Positions 39,809 through 49,760 of a DNA stretch of 64,000 nucleotides are shown piece after piece. This DNA is from Prorocentrum cordatum (lineage: Eukaryota). The notes under the pieces are model-generated. The model had not been told where the DNA came from. It saw only the letters and a list, made by a program, of their open reading frames with translations, and made no database searches. Where the stretch lies: NCBI GenBank assembly GCA_963575745.1, contig CAUYUJ010000092.1, forward strand, positions 1-64,000. The letters run 5' to 3'. The translations under genes were made by a program, and so were the position numbers. The stretch's first letter is position 1. Every line of letters begins with the position of its first letter.

Positions 39809-41312
39809 TCCTCCTCCTCCTCCTCCTCCTCCCCCTCCTCCTCCTCCTCCTCCTCTTTCTCCTCCACCACCACCACCACTACCATCACCTTCCCCCCTCA
39901 TCCTCTGCCGCCTCCTCCTCCTCCTCCTTCTCCTCCTCCTCCTCTTCCTCCTCCTCCTCCTGCTCCTCCTCCTCCTTCTCCTCCTCCGCCTCCTCCTCCC
40001 CCTCCCCAGGGTCCCCTGACCAGGCTCAGGGCAGTGCCCGTCGTGAGCACGAGGAAGAGAGGCGTATCGACTCCAGAGGGGGTGACTCGGGAGGTGCGTC
40101 ATACTATGCCTCGGGCTGCTCTCGATGGTGGCTCCGGCCAACCCCGCCCCTGACTGCGGGCAGTAGCTGAGTCTCGCGTCAGGCCGCCCGCTGGTGCTCA
40201 GGCAAAAGAAATCCGCCGAGCCCTTGGGGTTCCATCGGCGTGGGAGGTGCTTCCCGCTCCCCAAACCCCTCCCCCTGGAGCCGGATCCGGTCGATTTGGA
40301 GGGGGGGAGCGGGGTCTACCTGGGCCGGCCAGGGGGGCATTTTGCTCCAGAAATTCTGCCTGTAGGACACCGAGGGCCTCGAAACGGGCCACGAGGGCCC
40401 CCAAGAGACCTCCCAGAAGGGCCCAACAAGGGGACCACGAACTGAAAATTTAAACTTTCCGCCCCAAGAGACCCCCAAGGGGCCCCAAGAGGCCCCCAAG
40501 GGGCCCCAAGAGGCCCCCCAAGAGACCCCAAAAAGGTGCAAAAGAGGCCCGAAGAGTCCCCAAAACAACCCCCCAGAGGCCTCCAAACTGCCTCTGGCAG
40601 GCCCCCGAGAGGCTTCTCACGAGATCCGAACGAATATCCAAGAGGCCTCTGAACCCCAGGCATGGTGGCGGGATGGACCAAAGGCCACTAGATAGAAATA
40701 CAAGCATGAGTCTCGCAGCACCCAGAAACCGCAACAGCGACTTTCCCTCAAGGGGTCGGCGGTGCGGCGCAAGCCAAATAATCAAAAGAGAGCCAGGAAG
40801 TTGGGCAGGAAGTATTGTCTCCCCCCCTAATCCCCCCTTGGAGTCGCGCCACTCCGCCGTATCAAGGTGGTGGCCCCTTTTCGGGCTCTCAAAACCTGTA
40901 AAAAACTAAGGGAAATCCACGACTTTGGCCTCTGGGGCCTCTTGGGACTCCGCGAAGCGAGAGGAATCAAAAGAGAGCCAGGAAGTTGGGCAGGAAGGAC
41001 GTGGCACACTCGGAGTGAGCCGCGCTCGTCGCTGGAGACCTTCTCGGAGGACTCGTGCGCAGGCCGCGGGCGACCCACTCGGAGTGGCGCGGCTCGCTCG
41101 GTAGGATCGCACGTGTGGGGGGCAGGGGCGCTCGGTGCACGCTGCACCGCGACCCCAGCCTTCTCTCGTTCCTCGCCGCGTTCTGTTCTGGACCTTGGTT
41201 TTTTTAGACCCGTGCGAATCCATGACAAATCTGCCATGCTCCTCCTCCCGCCCATCCCGCCTGCTGCCCCTGCGCCTCCTCCTCCTCCTCCTCCTCCTCC
41301 TCCTCCTCCTCC

Positions 41313-41388
<76 letters not shown>

Positions 41389-41434
41389 CAACATCATCAT
41401 CATCATCATCATCATCAGCAGCATCATCATAATC

Positions 41435-41687
41435 ATGCAATCTTGAACGGACACCCCTCCCAGGGCGTGGGCCCCAAGAGACTCGGAACGGCGTCAGCCT
41501 AACGGAAAAAGACAGCGGGCGTGACGAGGACTTTCATTTCTTTTTACAGCGCCGGAGCTCAGGCCCACGCCTGAGTGCACTTGCGATGGCGGCTGACGGC
41601 AGAGCTGAAACACTGAGAGCCCCTGGCCCACGAGGCCGAGGGGGCTCGAGAAATCTGACAGTCTGGCCAGACCATTAATCAAACCCA
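41435..41687 (-). repeat. Terminal repeat B2 (3' end of the element)
   Basis: Near-identical to 41825-42078; one substitution and one 1-bp indel seen. Confidence 0.95.
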
Positions 41688-41750
41688 AATTCGCAGAAGT
41701 CCAAGCTACTTTGCCTCTCCTCCAGCGTTTCCCTGGGTGGGAAGGGCGGG

Positions 41751-41826
41751 ACGGCAGAAAGGCTTGAGGGGAAGAGGCAGCGGGAGGGGAGAAAGCGAAT
41801 GCACAAGCGATGAGACCAAATGCAAT
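41751..41826 (-). repeat. Internal repeat A2
   Basis: 76-bp copy of 48718-48793; abuts B1, reproducing the end-to-end junction. Confidence 0.95.
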
Positions 41827-42078
41827 GCAATCTTGAACGGACACCCCTCCCAGGGCGTGGGTCCCAAGAGACTCGGAACGGCGTCAGCCTAACGGAAAAA
41901 GACAGCGGGCGTGACGAGGACTTTCATTTCTTTTTACAGGCGCCGGAGCTCAGGCCCACGCCTGAGTGCACTTGCGATGGCGGCTGACGGCAGAGCTGAA
42001 ACACTGAGAGCCCCTGGCCCACGAGGCCGAGGGGGCTCGAGAAATCTGACAGTCTGGCCAGACCATTAATCAAACCCA
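41825..42078 (-). repeat. Internal repeat B1
   Basis: Copy of 41435-41687. Confidence 0.95.
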
Positions 42079-42161
42079 TATCAAACGCTGGAGTAAATCC
42101 CGTATCGACTCCATTGGCATGCCGAGGGAACACTGCAGCAGGCTGAGCGCAAAGAGGCACA

Positions 42162-43157
42162 TTACGAGAGGAAGGACAACTGCAAGGCCTCAGCACGCTT
42201 AGCCTCTGCCTTCACAGCGGCCGAGAGGCGTCTGAAGGATGCAAGAGCACGGCCGCTCTTCTGATAGCGCTGCACAGAACGGAAGCTCGACCACCTGCCA
42301 CGAGACTGAATGTCGGCCAGCGAGCGGGCGCCTCTGAGGTAGTCCTCCGACGGACCGCCGTGCCGAGGGAGGTGGGCTGTCACCTTGGTCGGGAGGCCGA
42401 CGGCGACGGCGGCCTTCTTGAGCAAGCGGTTGTACGAAGCGTACGAGTGGAGGAACATGAGGCGCCCTTGGAGGGCTTGGTTGGCGCTCTTGACGAGGGC
42501 CATGAGCGCGCCAGCCACACCCGCACGAGACTGGCCATCGATGAGCACGGTGTCGTCCTGGAGGCCAGTCTTGGTGACGCGCGTGTGCACGTCGTCGCCC
42601 ATGACCAGCGCGGAGGCGCCGACGACGAGCCCCATCTTGTTGTACCCTGAGCCGGCACTCGGCTGCGGCAGGATGCAGCAGGGCACGCGGAGGTCCAGCA
42701 GCTCACCAGGGCGCAAGTACGTGTCAAACTGCACCACCAGGCCGCGGGCGGCCTGCAGGGCAATCTCCGTGTTGAGGCCGGCCAGGTACAGAGCCATCAA
42801 GCACGCTGCCGCCCAGCAGAGCGGCTCCGAGGTGACGTCCGGCTCGAGCTTGCCCCAGCCGGCGAGGGCGCCCTTCGCCTTCGGGAAGACGCCTGGGGCA
42901 CGAAGCGACACGCTGAAACGGTAGGCCAAGGCGGCCAAGGTGTAGCGGGCCGTGCTCTTGCTGCCGCCGTCGACGTAGAGCTGCTCGAAGTACTCCTCAA
43001 GGAGCGTGTCCACCAGGGGGAGGTCATTGCTCACCCAGCGGTCGGCGACAACGCCCATGGCCGTGGCGAACACGGCGACGCTGGCGAGGTAGCGGGCCTG
43101 AGTGGCCGGCCGCACCTGCGAGCGCCGCAGGAAGCCCGGCGAGGAGTCAGCGGGCAC
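42162..43157 (-). CDS. Tyrosine recombinase (~330 aa; start uncertain)
   Basis: Catalytic set YLRPGE (R), TKTG (K), HLPRHGG (HxxR), GRW (W), VQRY (Y); N-terminal helical region TQARY...LEEYFEQLY; C-terminal part of track ORF 42162-49286. Confidence 0.93.
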   Translation of the reverse strand: MPADSSPGFLRRSQVRPATQARYLASVAVFATAMGVVADRWVSNDLPLVDTLLEEYFEQLYVDGGSKSTARYTLAALAYRFSVSLRAPGVFPKAKGALAGWGKLEPDVTSEPLCWAAACLMALYLAGLNTEIALQAARGLVVQFDTYLRPGELLDLRVPCCILPQPSAGSGYNKMGLVVGASALVMGDDVHTRVTKTGLQDDTVLIDGQSRAGVAGALMALVKSANQALQGRLMFLHSYASYNRLLKKAAVAVGLPTKVTAHLPRHGGPSEDYLRGARSLADIQSRGRWSSFRSVQRYQKSGRALASFRRLSAAVKAEAKRAEALQLSFLS

Positions 43158-46100
43158 CTGGCGGGCCCGGGCAGCCGACGCCCGGCCTCTGCCGAGGCTT
43201 CGGCCTTGCCCGCGGCCGCGGGAGGCCGACGAAGCGGCCCCAGCCCTCGGCGTCGGGCGGCCAGAGCGCGACCCACTTCCGCGGGCAGCTGGGGCACTCG
43301 AGGGACGGCTGGACGTCGCCCATCTTGGCTGCACGGCGGAGCTGAGCCTCCCAGTGACCGGGCAGCAGTGGATCCCCATCTGGTCGCCAGGCTCCAGCGG
43401 GCGCCGCGCGCGCCAAGGCCCGGGCGGCGCTGTGGCAGACACCAGGAGGGTAGGCGCCAGCCAGGGTCGTGCGCCAGAACTGTTTGAGCCGACCCTGGCG
43501 ATCACGGACCTTGACCTTCCCCTGAAGATGCTCGTGGGCATGACCTCCAAGACAACGCCTTTCAAGGATACCGAGCTCGGGGAGGTCAGACTCAATCCTG
43601 GTGGGCTTCTGGTACGGGGCTCCAAACTGACAGCAGTCATACACCACGGAGACCTTGCTATGCTCGGACAGGAACTTCTGGAGAGGCTCCCAAGAGAAGA
43701 GCCGGGATCCCCGGGGGTTCTCGAGGGACCACCTGACGCCGAACTGAACGCACAACCGAAGTAGACGAAGAGTGACATGAGCACACCGCCGACCGGCGCG
43801 TATAGCAGACGTATCATTGGCCCCACGGCGAGCAACTGACCACGGAGTGCACGGAGTCCCGAAGTGCACGAACCAGACCTTGCGAGAGACGATCCACTGG
43901 CGAACGACGGTCTCGATGCTGGGCCGAAGCAGGTCGCCCCAACCCCCGAACTTGATGTCGATCGGAGCCGCGACAGCCAGACCGAGCTGCGCGAGAGCCC
44001 CCGTCCAGCGAGCCCCCCCCGAGAAGATCTCGAGAGCCGCCCGACGTCCACGAAGCCGAGGTACAGGAACACGAGCCGGCTCGACCGCGACGAACGGCGT
44101 GGGCGGAGGGGGCAGCAGCCCGGGAGGCTCTGTCGTCCATTTTCGGCCAGGCCGGGCATGCAAACGAAGGCTCCCGAGGGCAGGCGGCCCGCGCGGCGCG
44201 CTCCCGGCGCGCGTGCGCGGCCCGGAGCGGCCAAGACGTGGCGGGGCCCGCTCAGAAGAGAGCAGCCGAGGCCCCGGCACGAGTCTCCGTCCAACTCGTC
44301 CGAGGGCCCCAGCAGGCCGCGGCGCAGGCACTGGCCGCGGCCGTGGGCGGCGCCCGCGTGGGCAGGCCGCCGGCGGCGACAGGTCGCGGGCCCCCTCGGC
44401 CTCGTCGAACGTCGCCTTGCGTGCAGGGTGGCCAGGGGCGCCGGCCGCGGGCCCCTCCTGTGGCCGTGGGGAGCGCCGCGGCCCGCAGCGGCCAGCAGCT
44501 CCAGAAGCCCGCGGCGGCGGCCGCGGCGGGCAGGTCTGAAGTCGGCCGCCGCGCAGCCGCGCCGCGGGGGGAGGCTCGCAAGCCTCCTCGGAGACTGGCC
44601 AGCTGGCGGTCGCCGAGGGCGCCGGCGGGGCCGGCGTCGGGGGCGCCGACGGCGGGCAGCCCGCGGGCAGAGCCGGCCTGTCCGACCTGCCGCCAACCCG
44701 CCGCTGCCCTGGGCGGTAGACGCCCTGCAGCGCCTTCCTCGACCCCGCGTCACAGAGGTTGCGGTCCGTGTCGAGGTGTCGGCGCCGCCAGGAGATCCCA
44801 CAGGCGATCTGGTAGGCGGCGGCCCTCCGGCACAGACAGGCGAGGCCGAGGTCCACGGCTCGCCCCTTCTCGATGGAGAGGAGCTCCGACATGTTGTCGC
44901 CCAGGCTGAGCACGCGGGACCCGTGGCAGTCGACCTGCCGGGCGGCGTGCCGCAGGCCCCCCAGGGCGATGCGGCCCTCCAGCAGGTGAATGGGGGCCCC
45001 GCGGCGCCAGGCGCCCTCCACGATGAGAGACCAGTCCCTGGGATCGACGAGGCTGTCGGGCACGGAGACGCCAGCAGGTCGCACAGTGGGCCTGAGACGA
45101 CCCTTGAGTACGCCTCGGGCGCCCTCCCTCGAGCGCGTCGGCGGGGGGGCCCAGACGGCCACGCCTGTAGCGCCCGGCGGCTCCCCCAGCACTCCTCCAG
45201 CGCCCGGCACCCAGCCCGGGGAGAAGGTGTCGTCGAGCGCCGCGTCGGGCCGCTTCTCGTCGGGGACGAACCTCCACCTCTCCCGGGTAGCAGCCAGCTG
45301 CCGAAGGAGTCGCACGTCAGCGCGTCGGCGGTGGAGAGCGTAGCCCGCCTCGGACGAGTCGGAGCACAAAACCAGGGAGGACATCGGCCGGTCCAAGAAG
45401 ACGACGGCCTGGAAGATGAGGCCCCTGAAGAGCTGGATCTCCCGGCGGGCCCCAGCAGACAGAGCGACTGGGGGCCCCTGGCCCTGCGCGTCCACGAAGC
45501 GGTAGAGCAGGCGGAAGATCGAGAGGGCCGGCCGCAGCAGCAGGCAGTGCTGCACACAGTGCCCGAGGAACACTCGGATCTGCCAGGCCGCGCGCGGAAC
45601 CCCAGGGCGCTCGAGCTCCTGACAGGCCAAGTAGAGGCGCCAGGCTCGGTGATCGGAATGACGCAGACGCCTCCGCCTCCCGTCGTACTCGACGCCGACG
45701 GTGGTGAAGTGCGTGGCCGGGCCCTCGACCTCGTGGTACGCGATGCCGAGCGAGTCGAGCTTGTCCTTCGCGGCCTGCAACGCCTGCCCGACGTCGTCGC
45801 TCGAAAGGCCCAGGAACGAGACGTTGTCCACGTAGACCGACCCTGTGGGGCGGAAGGGTGCCGCGACGGGAGCCGGCTGCTTGTCGAGCAGCAGGCGTCG
45901 GGCACCCCCCGGCAGCGTGTCAGAGACCCAGGACGTGACGGACGAGTGCACGGCCCAGAGTGCCCATGACCACCCCATCGGCACCCCGCGGAAGACCGGG
46001 AAGACGAGCTCGTCGGGGTCGACAGGGGACAGGCCGTCGGGCGTCCAGATGTGGGAGACCTGGTAGTAGGAGGCCCGCTCAGGGAAGTCCATCCCGAAAT

Positions 46101-47019
46101 CCTCCGCGACGCGCTCCGAGAAGAACTGGTAGAACGAGTCCTGGAGGTCGAGGGACGACCCGAAGATCTGAGCGGGGGAGCCATCAGCACTAACCCATCC
46201 AGCGTCCGAGAGCGCAGCATCGGACCAGTCCTGCTCGCTGAGGGCAGCCGGGGTCCCGAGGGCGGCATGCGGCGGCGCCCAGTGGGTGCGGTTGGTGTCG
46301 CGAGCGTCGACGACCAGGCGGATCCAGCCGCCCTTCTTCTCGACGAAGAAACACCCCACACGTGACCTGATTCGCCTCTGGAAGCCGACCAGCCCCCGCC
46401 CCGCGAGCCTGAGAAGGAAGTCCCGCCGAAGGCTGGCGTCGCTGGCAAGCCGCGCGTCCCAGTACGGCTTGATCGGCGGCAGGAGCTCGAGGTCCTGCTC
46501 CACCACGCGGTCCGGCTTGCGGATGTAGGCGTCGGGGTCGCGGAAGGCGTCGACGACGAACTTGGGGCAGACCTCCTCCACGTCTCGAGGCGTGACCGAG
46601 GACTGCCAGAACTTGAGCTTGGACTCTTCGTACGGGACGACCTTGGACGGCGCGCCTCCGTAGAGCGAGTCGGACTTGAGGAGCTCCTGAAGGGCTCCGC
46701 GAGGGTGGAGACCTGCCGGGCGAGGGCCATACTCCGCCACGCAGCGGCCGAGCTGCCGGCCACACGAGGACGAGGTCGCCGCACCCGCAGTCCCTGAATC
46801 GGCAGCGCCACCTGGCCCGCGGCCACGATGGCGCACCGTGCAGGCGGCGAGACAGTTGATCGAATGTACTGCCTCACGAACACGGTGTTCACGTGAGCGT
46901 CGCTGGAGCACCCGCTGGCGCAGGTACCGCGGCGCCCCGCTGAGGTCGACCGGCGGCGCAGGCCCCGGGACCGAAAGCGGCAGCGGGCCCCCGTGCGAGG
47001 AGCGTGATCCCGATGCCAT
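43147..47019 (-). CDS. Pol polyprotein: reverse transcriptase, RNase H and C-terminal cytosine-5 methyltransferase (frame open to 47151; first ATG at 47019)
   Basis: RT: FFVEKK..IRLVVDAR, LDLQDSFYQ, PMGWSWA, YVDN. RNase H: SDSS, HLLE, GDN, NLCD. MTase: LEIFSG, GTPC, ENP, KPT, AYP. Confidence 0.93.
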   Translation of the reverse strand: MASGSRSSHGGPLPLSVPGPAPPVDLSGAPRYLRQRVLQRRSREHRVREAVHSINCLAACTVRHRGRGPGGAADSGTAGAATSSSCGRQLGRCVAEYGPRPAGLHPRGALQELLKSDSLYGGAPSKVVPYEESKLKFWQSSVTPRDVEEVCPKFVVDAFRDPDAYIRKPDRVVEQDLELLPPIKPYWDARLASDASLRRDFLLRLAGRGLVGFQRRIRSRVGCFFVEKKGGWIRLVVDARDTNRTHWAPPHAALGTPAALSEQDWSDAALSDAGWVSADGSPAQIFGSSLDLQDSFYQFFSERVAEDFGMDFPERASYYQVSHIWTPDGLSPVDPDELVFPVFRGVPMGWSWALWAVHSSVTSWVSDTLPGGARRLLLDKQPAPVAAPFRPTGSVYVDNVSFLGLSSDDVGQALQAAKDKLDSLGIAYHEVEGPATHFTTVGVEYDGRRRRLRHSDHRAWRLYLACQELERPGVPRAAWQIRVFLGHCVQHCLLLRPALSIFRLLYRFVDAQGQGPPVALSAGARREIQLFRGLIFQAVVFLDRPMSSLVLCSDSSEAGYALHRRRADVRLLRQLAATRERWRFVPDEKRPDAALDDTFSPGWVPGAGGVLGEPPGATGVAVWAPPPTRSREGARGVLKGRLRPTVRPAGVSVPDSLVDPRDWSLIVEGAWRRGAPIHLLEGRIALGGLRHAARQVDCHGSRVLSLGDNMSELLSIEKGRAVDLGLACLCRRAAAYQIACGISWRRRHLDTDRNLCDAGSRKALQGVYRPGQRRVGGRSDRPALPAGCPPSAPPTPAPPAPSATASWPVSEEACEPPPAARLRGGRLQTCPPRPPPRASGAAGRCGPRRSPRPQEGPAAGAPGHPARKATFDEAEGARDLSPPAACPRGRRPRPRPVPAPRPAGALGRVGRRLVPGPRLLSSERAPPRLGRSGPRTRAGSAPRGPPALGSLRLHARPGRKWTTEPPGLLPPPPTPFVAVEPARVPVPRLRGRRAALEIFSGGARWTGALAQLGLAVAAPIDIKFGGWGDLLRPSIETVVRQWIVSRKVWFVHFGTPCTPWSVARRGANDTSAIRAGRRCAHVTLRLLRLCVQFGVRWSLENPRGSRLFSWEPLQKFLSEHSKVSVVYDCCQFGAPYQKPTRIESDLPELGILERRCLGGHAHEHLQGKVKVRDRQGRLKQFWRTTLAGAYPPGVCHSAARALARAAPAGAWRPDGDPLLPGHWEAQLRRAAKMGDVQPSLECPSCPRKWVALWPPDAEGWGRFVGLPRPRARPKPRQRPGVGCPGPPGAR
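43400..44040 (-). other. DNA cytosine-5 methyltransferase domain within Pol
   Basis: Motif I LEIFSGG, motif II-like PIDI, motif IV FGTPC (catalytic Cys), motif VI SLENP, FGAPYQKPT, motif X-like AGAYP. Confidence 0.88.
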
Positions 47020-47125
47020 GGGGAGGACGAGGAGGCGGCCGCGGCGGAGGAACCCGCGGCGGCAGCCAGGCAGGGCGGGGCGCCGCAGGACGCCCAGCCC
47101 AAGAAGGGGGCCGCCCGGCCCCCTG

Positions 47126-48250
47126 CTACTTGCCAGCGTCGGCCCCGCCACCCTTCGGCCCCTTCGGGGGCGCCTTGGGCTGCGCGGCCGTCCTCTCCTC
47201 CTGCCACTGCCGATTCGCCTTCATGGTCTGGGCGCGGGCACGCGCCTGGTCGCCAACCCATCCGTCGAACTCCGGCAGCACCATGCCGCCCGTGTCGTCG
47301 ACCCCCGTGTCGAGGATGAGGTCGAGCCCCTCGAAGTCGGGGGCCCGAGGGTTCTTGCGGGTCGCCGACTCCAGCTGCTTGAGCCGCCTGACGAGATACT
47401 CCGCGCCCGCAATGTTGAACAGGTCGAGCTGATCGAACTGCTGCATCATCCGAAAAGACACGCAGATCATGTGGTGCTCCCGGGCGACGTTGCCGCGCTC
47501 GGCCACTCCGCTGCGGCGGAGCCACGTGGTGTGGTGCTCCTCCCAGTTGCCCTGACCACCGTCTCGAAGGGAAAGCACAGCCTCCCTCGTCGCACGGCGG
47601 CCCTGCAGAGGCCAGCCCGGTATCGTCGCCTCCTTCATGCGGCGAACCGAGTCCCGGAAGTCGATGTACCTGCCTCCATCCTGGTCCCTCTCGTCGCCCA
47701 CGACGCGCGGGCCCCGGCCCGCGCCCCCGCGAGCTCGGGCGAGGTACGTGTCGAAGTTCTGGCCCTCGCTCACCTTGATCGCGTGGACCCAGACGTCGTC
47801 GAGCCGTACGAGCCCAACATCCCCACGCCGCACCAGGACCTCCTCGTTGGCGAGGACCTGCGGCGGCACCTCCTCGCCGAAGTGCGACGAGGTGGGGTCG
47901 CTCACGTACCACTTGTCCCCGGGGAGGCCCACGACGCCGGCGAGGTCGAACCCGAGGATCGTCCCCAGGGCCCTGGCCTCCTCGAGGTAGCCCTGCATGT
48001 CCTCCGCCGCCACTTCGTCGAAGGCGTAGATGTTGCCAGCATGCCGCGCTGGGAAGGGGCCCGACCGCCGGAGGGCCAGCACTCGGAACGTGGCCAGGTC
48101 GACGAAGGCCACCTCCCCATCCGGCGTGAGCCAGATCCACTTCTGGGCATCTCCCTTCACCAGCAGCACACGGTGATGCCACTGGAAGTTCTCGTCGTCC
48201 TCGTACCTGACGAGGCACTGGCTGAACGGGGTGTCCAGCGCACGGGCCAT
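47126..48250 (-). CDS. Gag-like/structural ORF, 374 aa
   Basis: Intact, protein-like ORF with GCCGCCATGG start context, directly upstream of pol; no CCHC knuckle seen, so function is inferred from position only. Confidence 0.75.
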   Translation of the reverse strand: MARALDTPFSQCLVRYEDDENFQWHHRVLLVKGDAQKWIWLTPDGEVAFVDLATFRVLALRRSGPFPARHAGNIYAFDEVAAEDMQGYLEEARALGTILGFDLAGVVGLPGDKWYVSDPTSSHFGEEVPPQVLANEEVLVRRGDVGLVRLDDVWVHAIKVSEGQNFDTYLARARGGAGRGPRVVGDERDQDGGRYIDFRDSVRRMKEATIPGWPLQGRRATREAVLSLRDGGQGNWEEHHTTWLRRSGVAERGNVAREHHMICVSFRMMQQFDQLDLFNIAGAEYLVRRLKQLESATRKNPRAPDFEGLDLILDTGVDDTGGMVLPEFDGWVGDQARARAQTMKANRQWQEERTAAQPKAPPKGPKGGGADAGK

Positions 48251-48258
48251 GGCGGCCC

Positions 48259-48708
48259 TCAGTCAGCACGAGCACCAGGAGCCCGACGGCCACGCCCGAG
48301 ACCCGACGGCGTCGCCACGTGCGTGCCGCCGGCGTCGTCCTCGACGGCGAGGGCGCGCGCTCGCGCCGCCGGCCGTCCAGGCGAGCCCGCCGCCAGCCAA
48401 CCCGCGGTCGCCAGCCCAGCGCCAAGGGCCACGCCCACCACGGCCGCGCCGCAGAGGTCGAGCCCCGTGTAGTGCCCAGGCGGGAGCGGGCACGGAGGGC
48501 AGGGCTGGCACGCGACCCCCTGCAGGTGCTCCGGGCCGCAGCGTGCCAGCTGCTCCCGGAGGATGGCCACCAGGCCGTCGGTCGTGTCCGAGCCCTCGAA
48601 CACGCAGCGGCAGGAGACCTCGGCGATCCCGCTGCGGCCAGGTCCAGTCCAGCGCTCGGAGAGCGCGCCGAGAACCCACCCGCCTGCAGCGTGCACCCAG
48701 GCGGCCAT
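48259..48708 (-). CDS. Small Cys-rich predicted transmembrane protein (149 aa), first ORF of the YR element
   Basis: ATG just inside repeat A1; stop 8 bp before the gag ATG; CRC...C...CQPCPPCP, hydrophobic LCGAAVVGVALGAGLATAGWLAA, Arg-rich tail. Confidence 0.6.
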   Translation of the reverse strand: MAAWVHAAGGWVLGALSERWTGPGRSGIAEVSCRCVFEGSDTTDGLVAILREQLARCGPEHLQGVACQPCPPCPLPPGHYTGLDLCGAAVVGVALGAGLATAGWLAAGSPGRPAARARALAVEDDAGGTHVATPSGLGRGRRAPGARAD

Positions 48709-48717
48709 GAACTGTTC

Positions 48718-48790
48718 ACGGCAGAAAGGCTTGAGGGGAAGAGGCAGCGGGAGGGGAGAAAGCGAATGCACAAGCGATGAGACCAAATGC

Positions 48791-48793
<3 letters not shown>
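48718..48793 (-). repeat. Terminal repeat A1 (5' end of the element)
   Basis: Matches 41751-41826. Confidence 0.95.
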
Positions 48794-48885
<92 letters not shown>

Positions 48886-48901
48886 CCATCACCACCATCA
48901 C

Positions 48902-48943
<42 letters not shown>

Positions 48944-49361
48944 AATCCCCCACCTCCCACCTCCCTCCTACCCTTCTCCCCGTCTCCCGAGGGAGTGAGA
49001 GCGGGGAGGAGGGTGGTAGGGGGATGAAGGGGACGAGGGGGAGAGGGAGGAGGAGGTAGGCAGGAGCAGGAGGTGGAGGAGAAAGAGCAGGGAGGGGGGA
49101 GGATGAGGATGAGGATGAAGATGCTGAAGATGATGAAGATGATGGAGACGATGAGAGTGATGAGAGTGATGAGGATGACGAGGATGAGGAGGATGGTGAT
49201 GATGGTGAGGATGATGAGGATGATGAGGCTGATGAGGATGAGGATGATGAGGATGAGGAGGATGAGGAGGATGATGATGACGACATTGATGATGATACTG
49301 CTGATGTTGATGGTGATGATGACGATGCTGATGAACACGATGATGATGATGATGATGATGA

Positions 49362-49404
<43 letters not shown>

Positions 49405-49760
49405 GATGGTGATGGTGTTGATGATGAGGATGCTGATGGTGATGATGATGGCTATGACGATGAAAATGACGATGACGACGACGACCACGACGACGACGAC
49501 GACCACGACGACCACGACGACGGCGATGATGATGATATGATGGTGGTGATGATGATGCTGATGATGATAATAGTGGCGTTGGTGTTGCTGTTGTTGATGA
49601 TGATGACGATGATGATGATAAGGATGGTAGTAGTGGTGGTTGTTATGATAATAAGGATACTGCTGCTGCTGCTGATGATGATGGTGATGGTGATGATGAT
49701 GATGATGACGAGGTGAAGGAACACATACATAATAATAATGATAATACTAACAATAATAAT
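48794..49760. repeat. (CAT)n followed by oppositely oriented degenerate (GAT)n microsatellite
   Basis: Direct reading. Confidence 0.9.

Larger units (their letters stand above)
41435..48793 (-). mobile_element. Intact tyrosine-recombinase retrotransposon (DIRS order, Ngaro/PAT-like split direct repeats) carrying a C5 DNA methyltransferase
   Basis: A1-ORFs-B1-A2-spacer-B2 layout; uninterrupted gag-like, RT/RNase H/MTase and YR frames; (CAT)n on both flanks. Confidence 0.95.

Noticed and set aside
43864..48472. Long plus-strand ORFs (701 aa, 544 aa) over the YR element
   Set aside because: Antisense shadows of GC3-rich minus-strand genes, with no motifs
42162..49286. 2374-aa ORF as a single protein
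   Set aside because: It starts in flanking microsatellite and reads as an R/S/P/G-rich shadow frame; only the last ~330 aa are a recognisable YR
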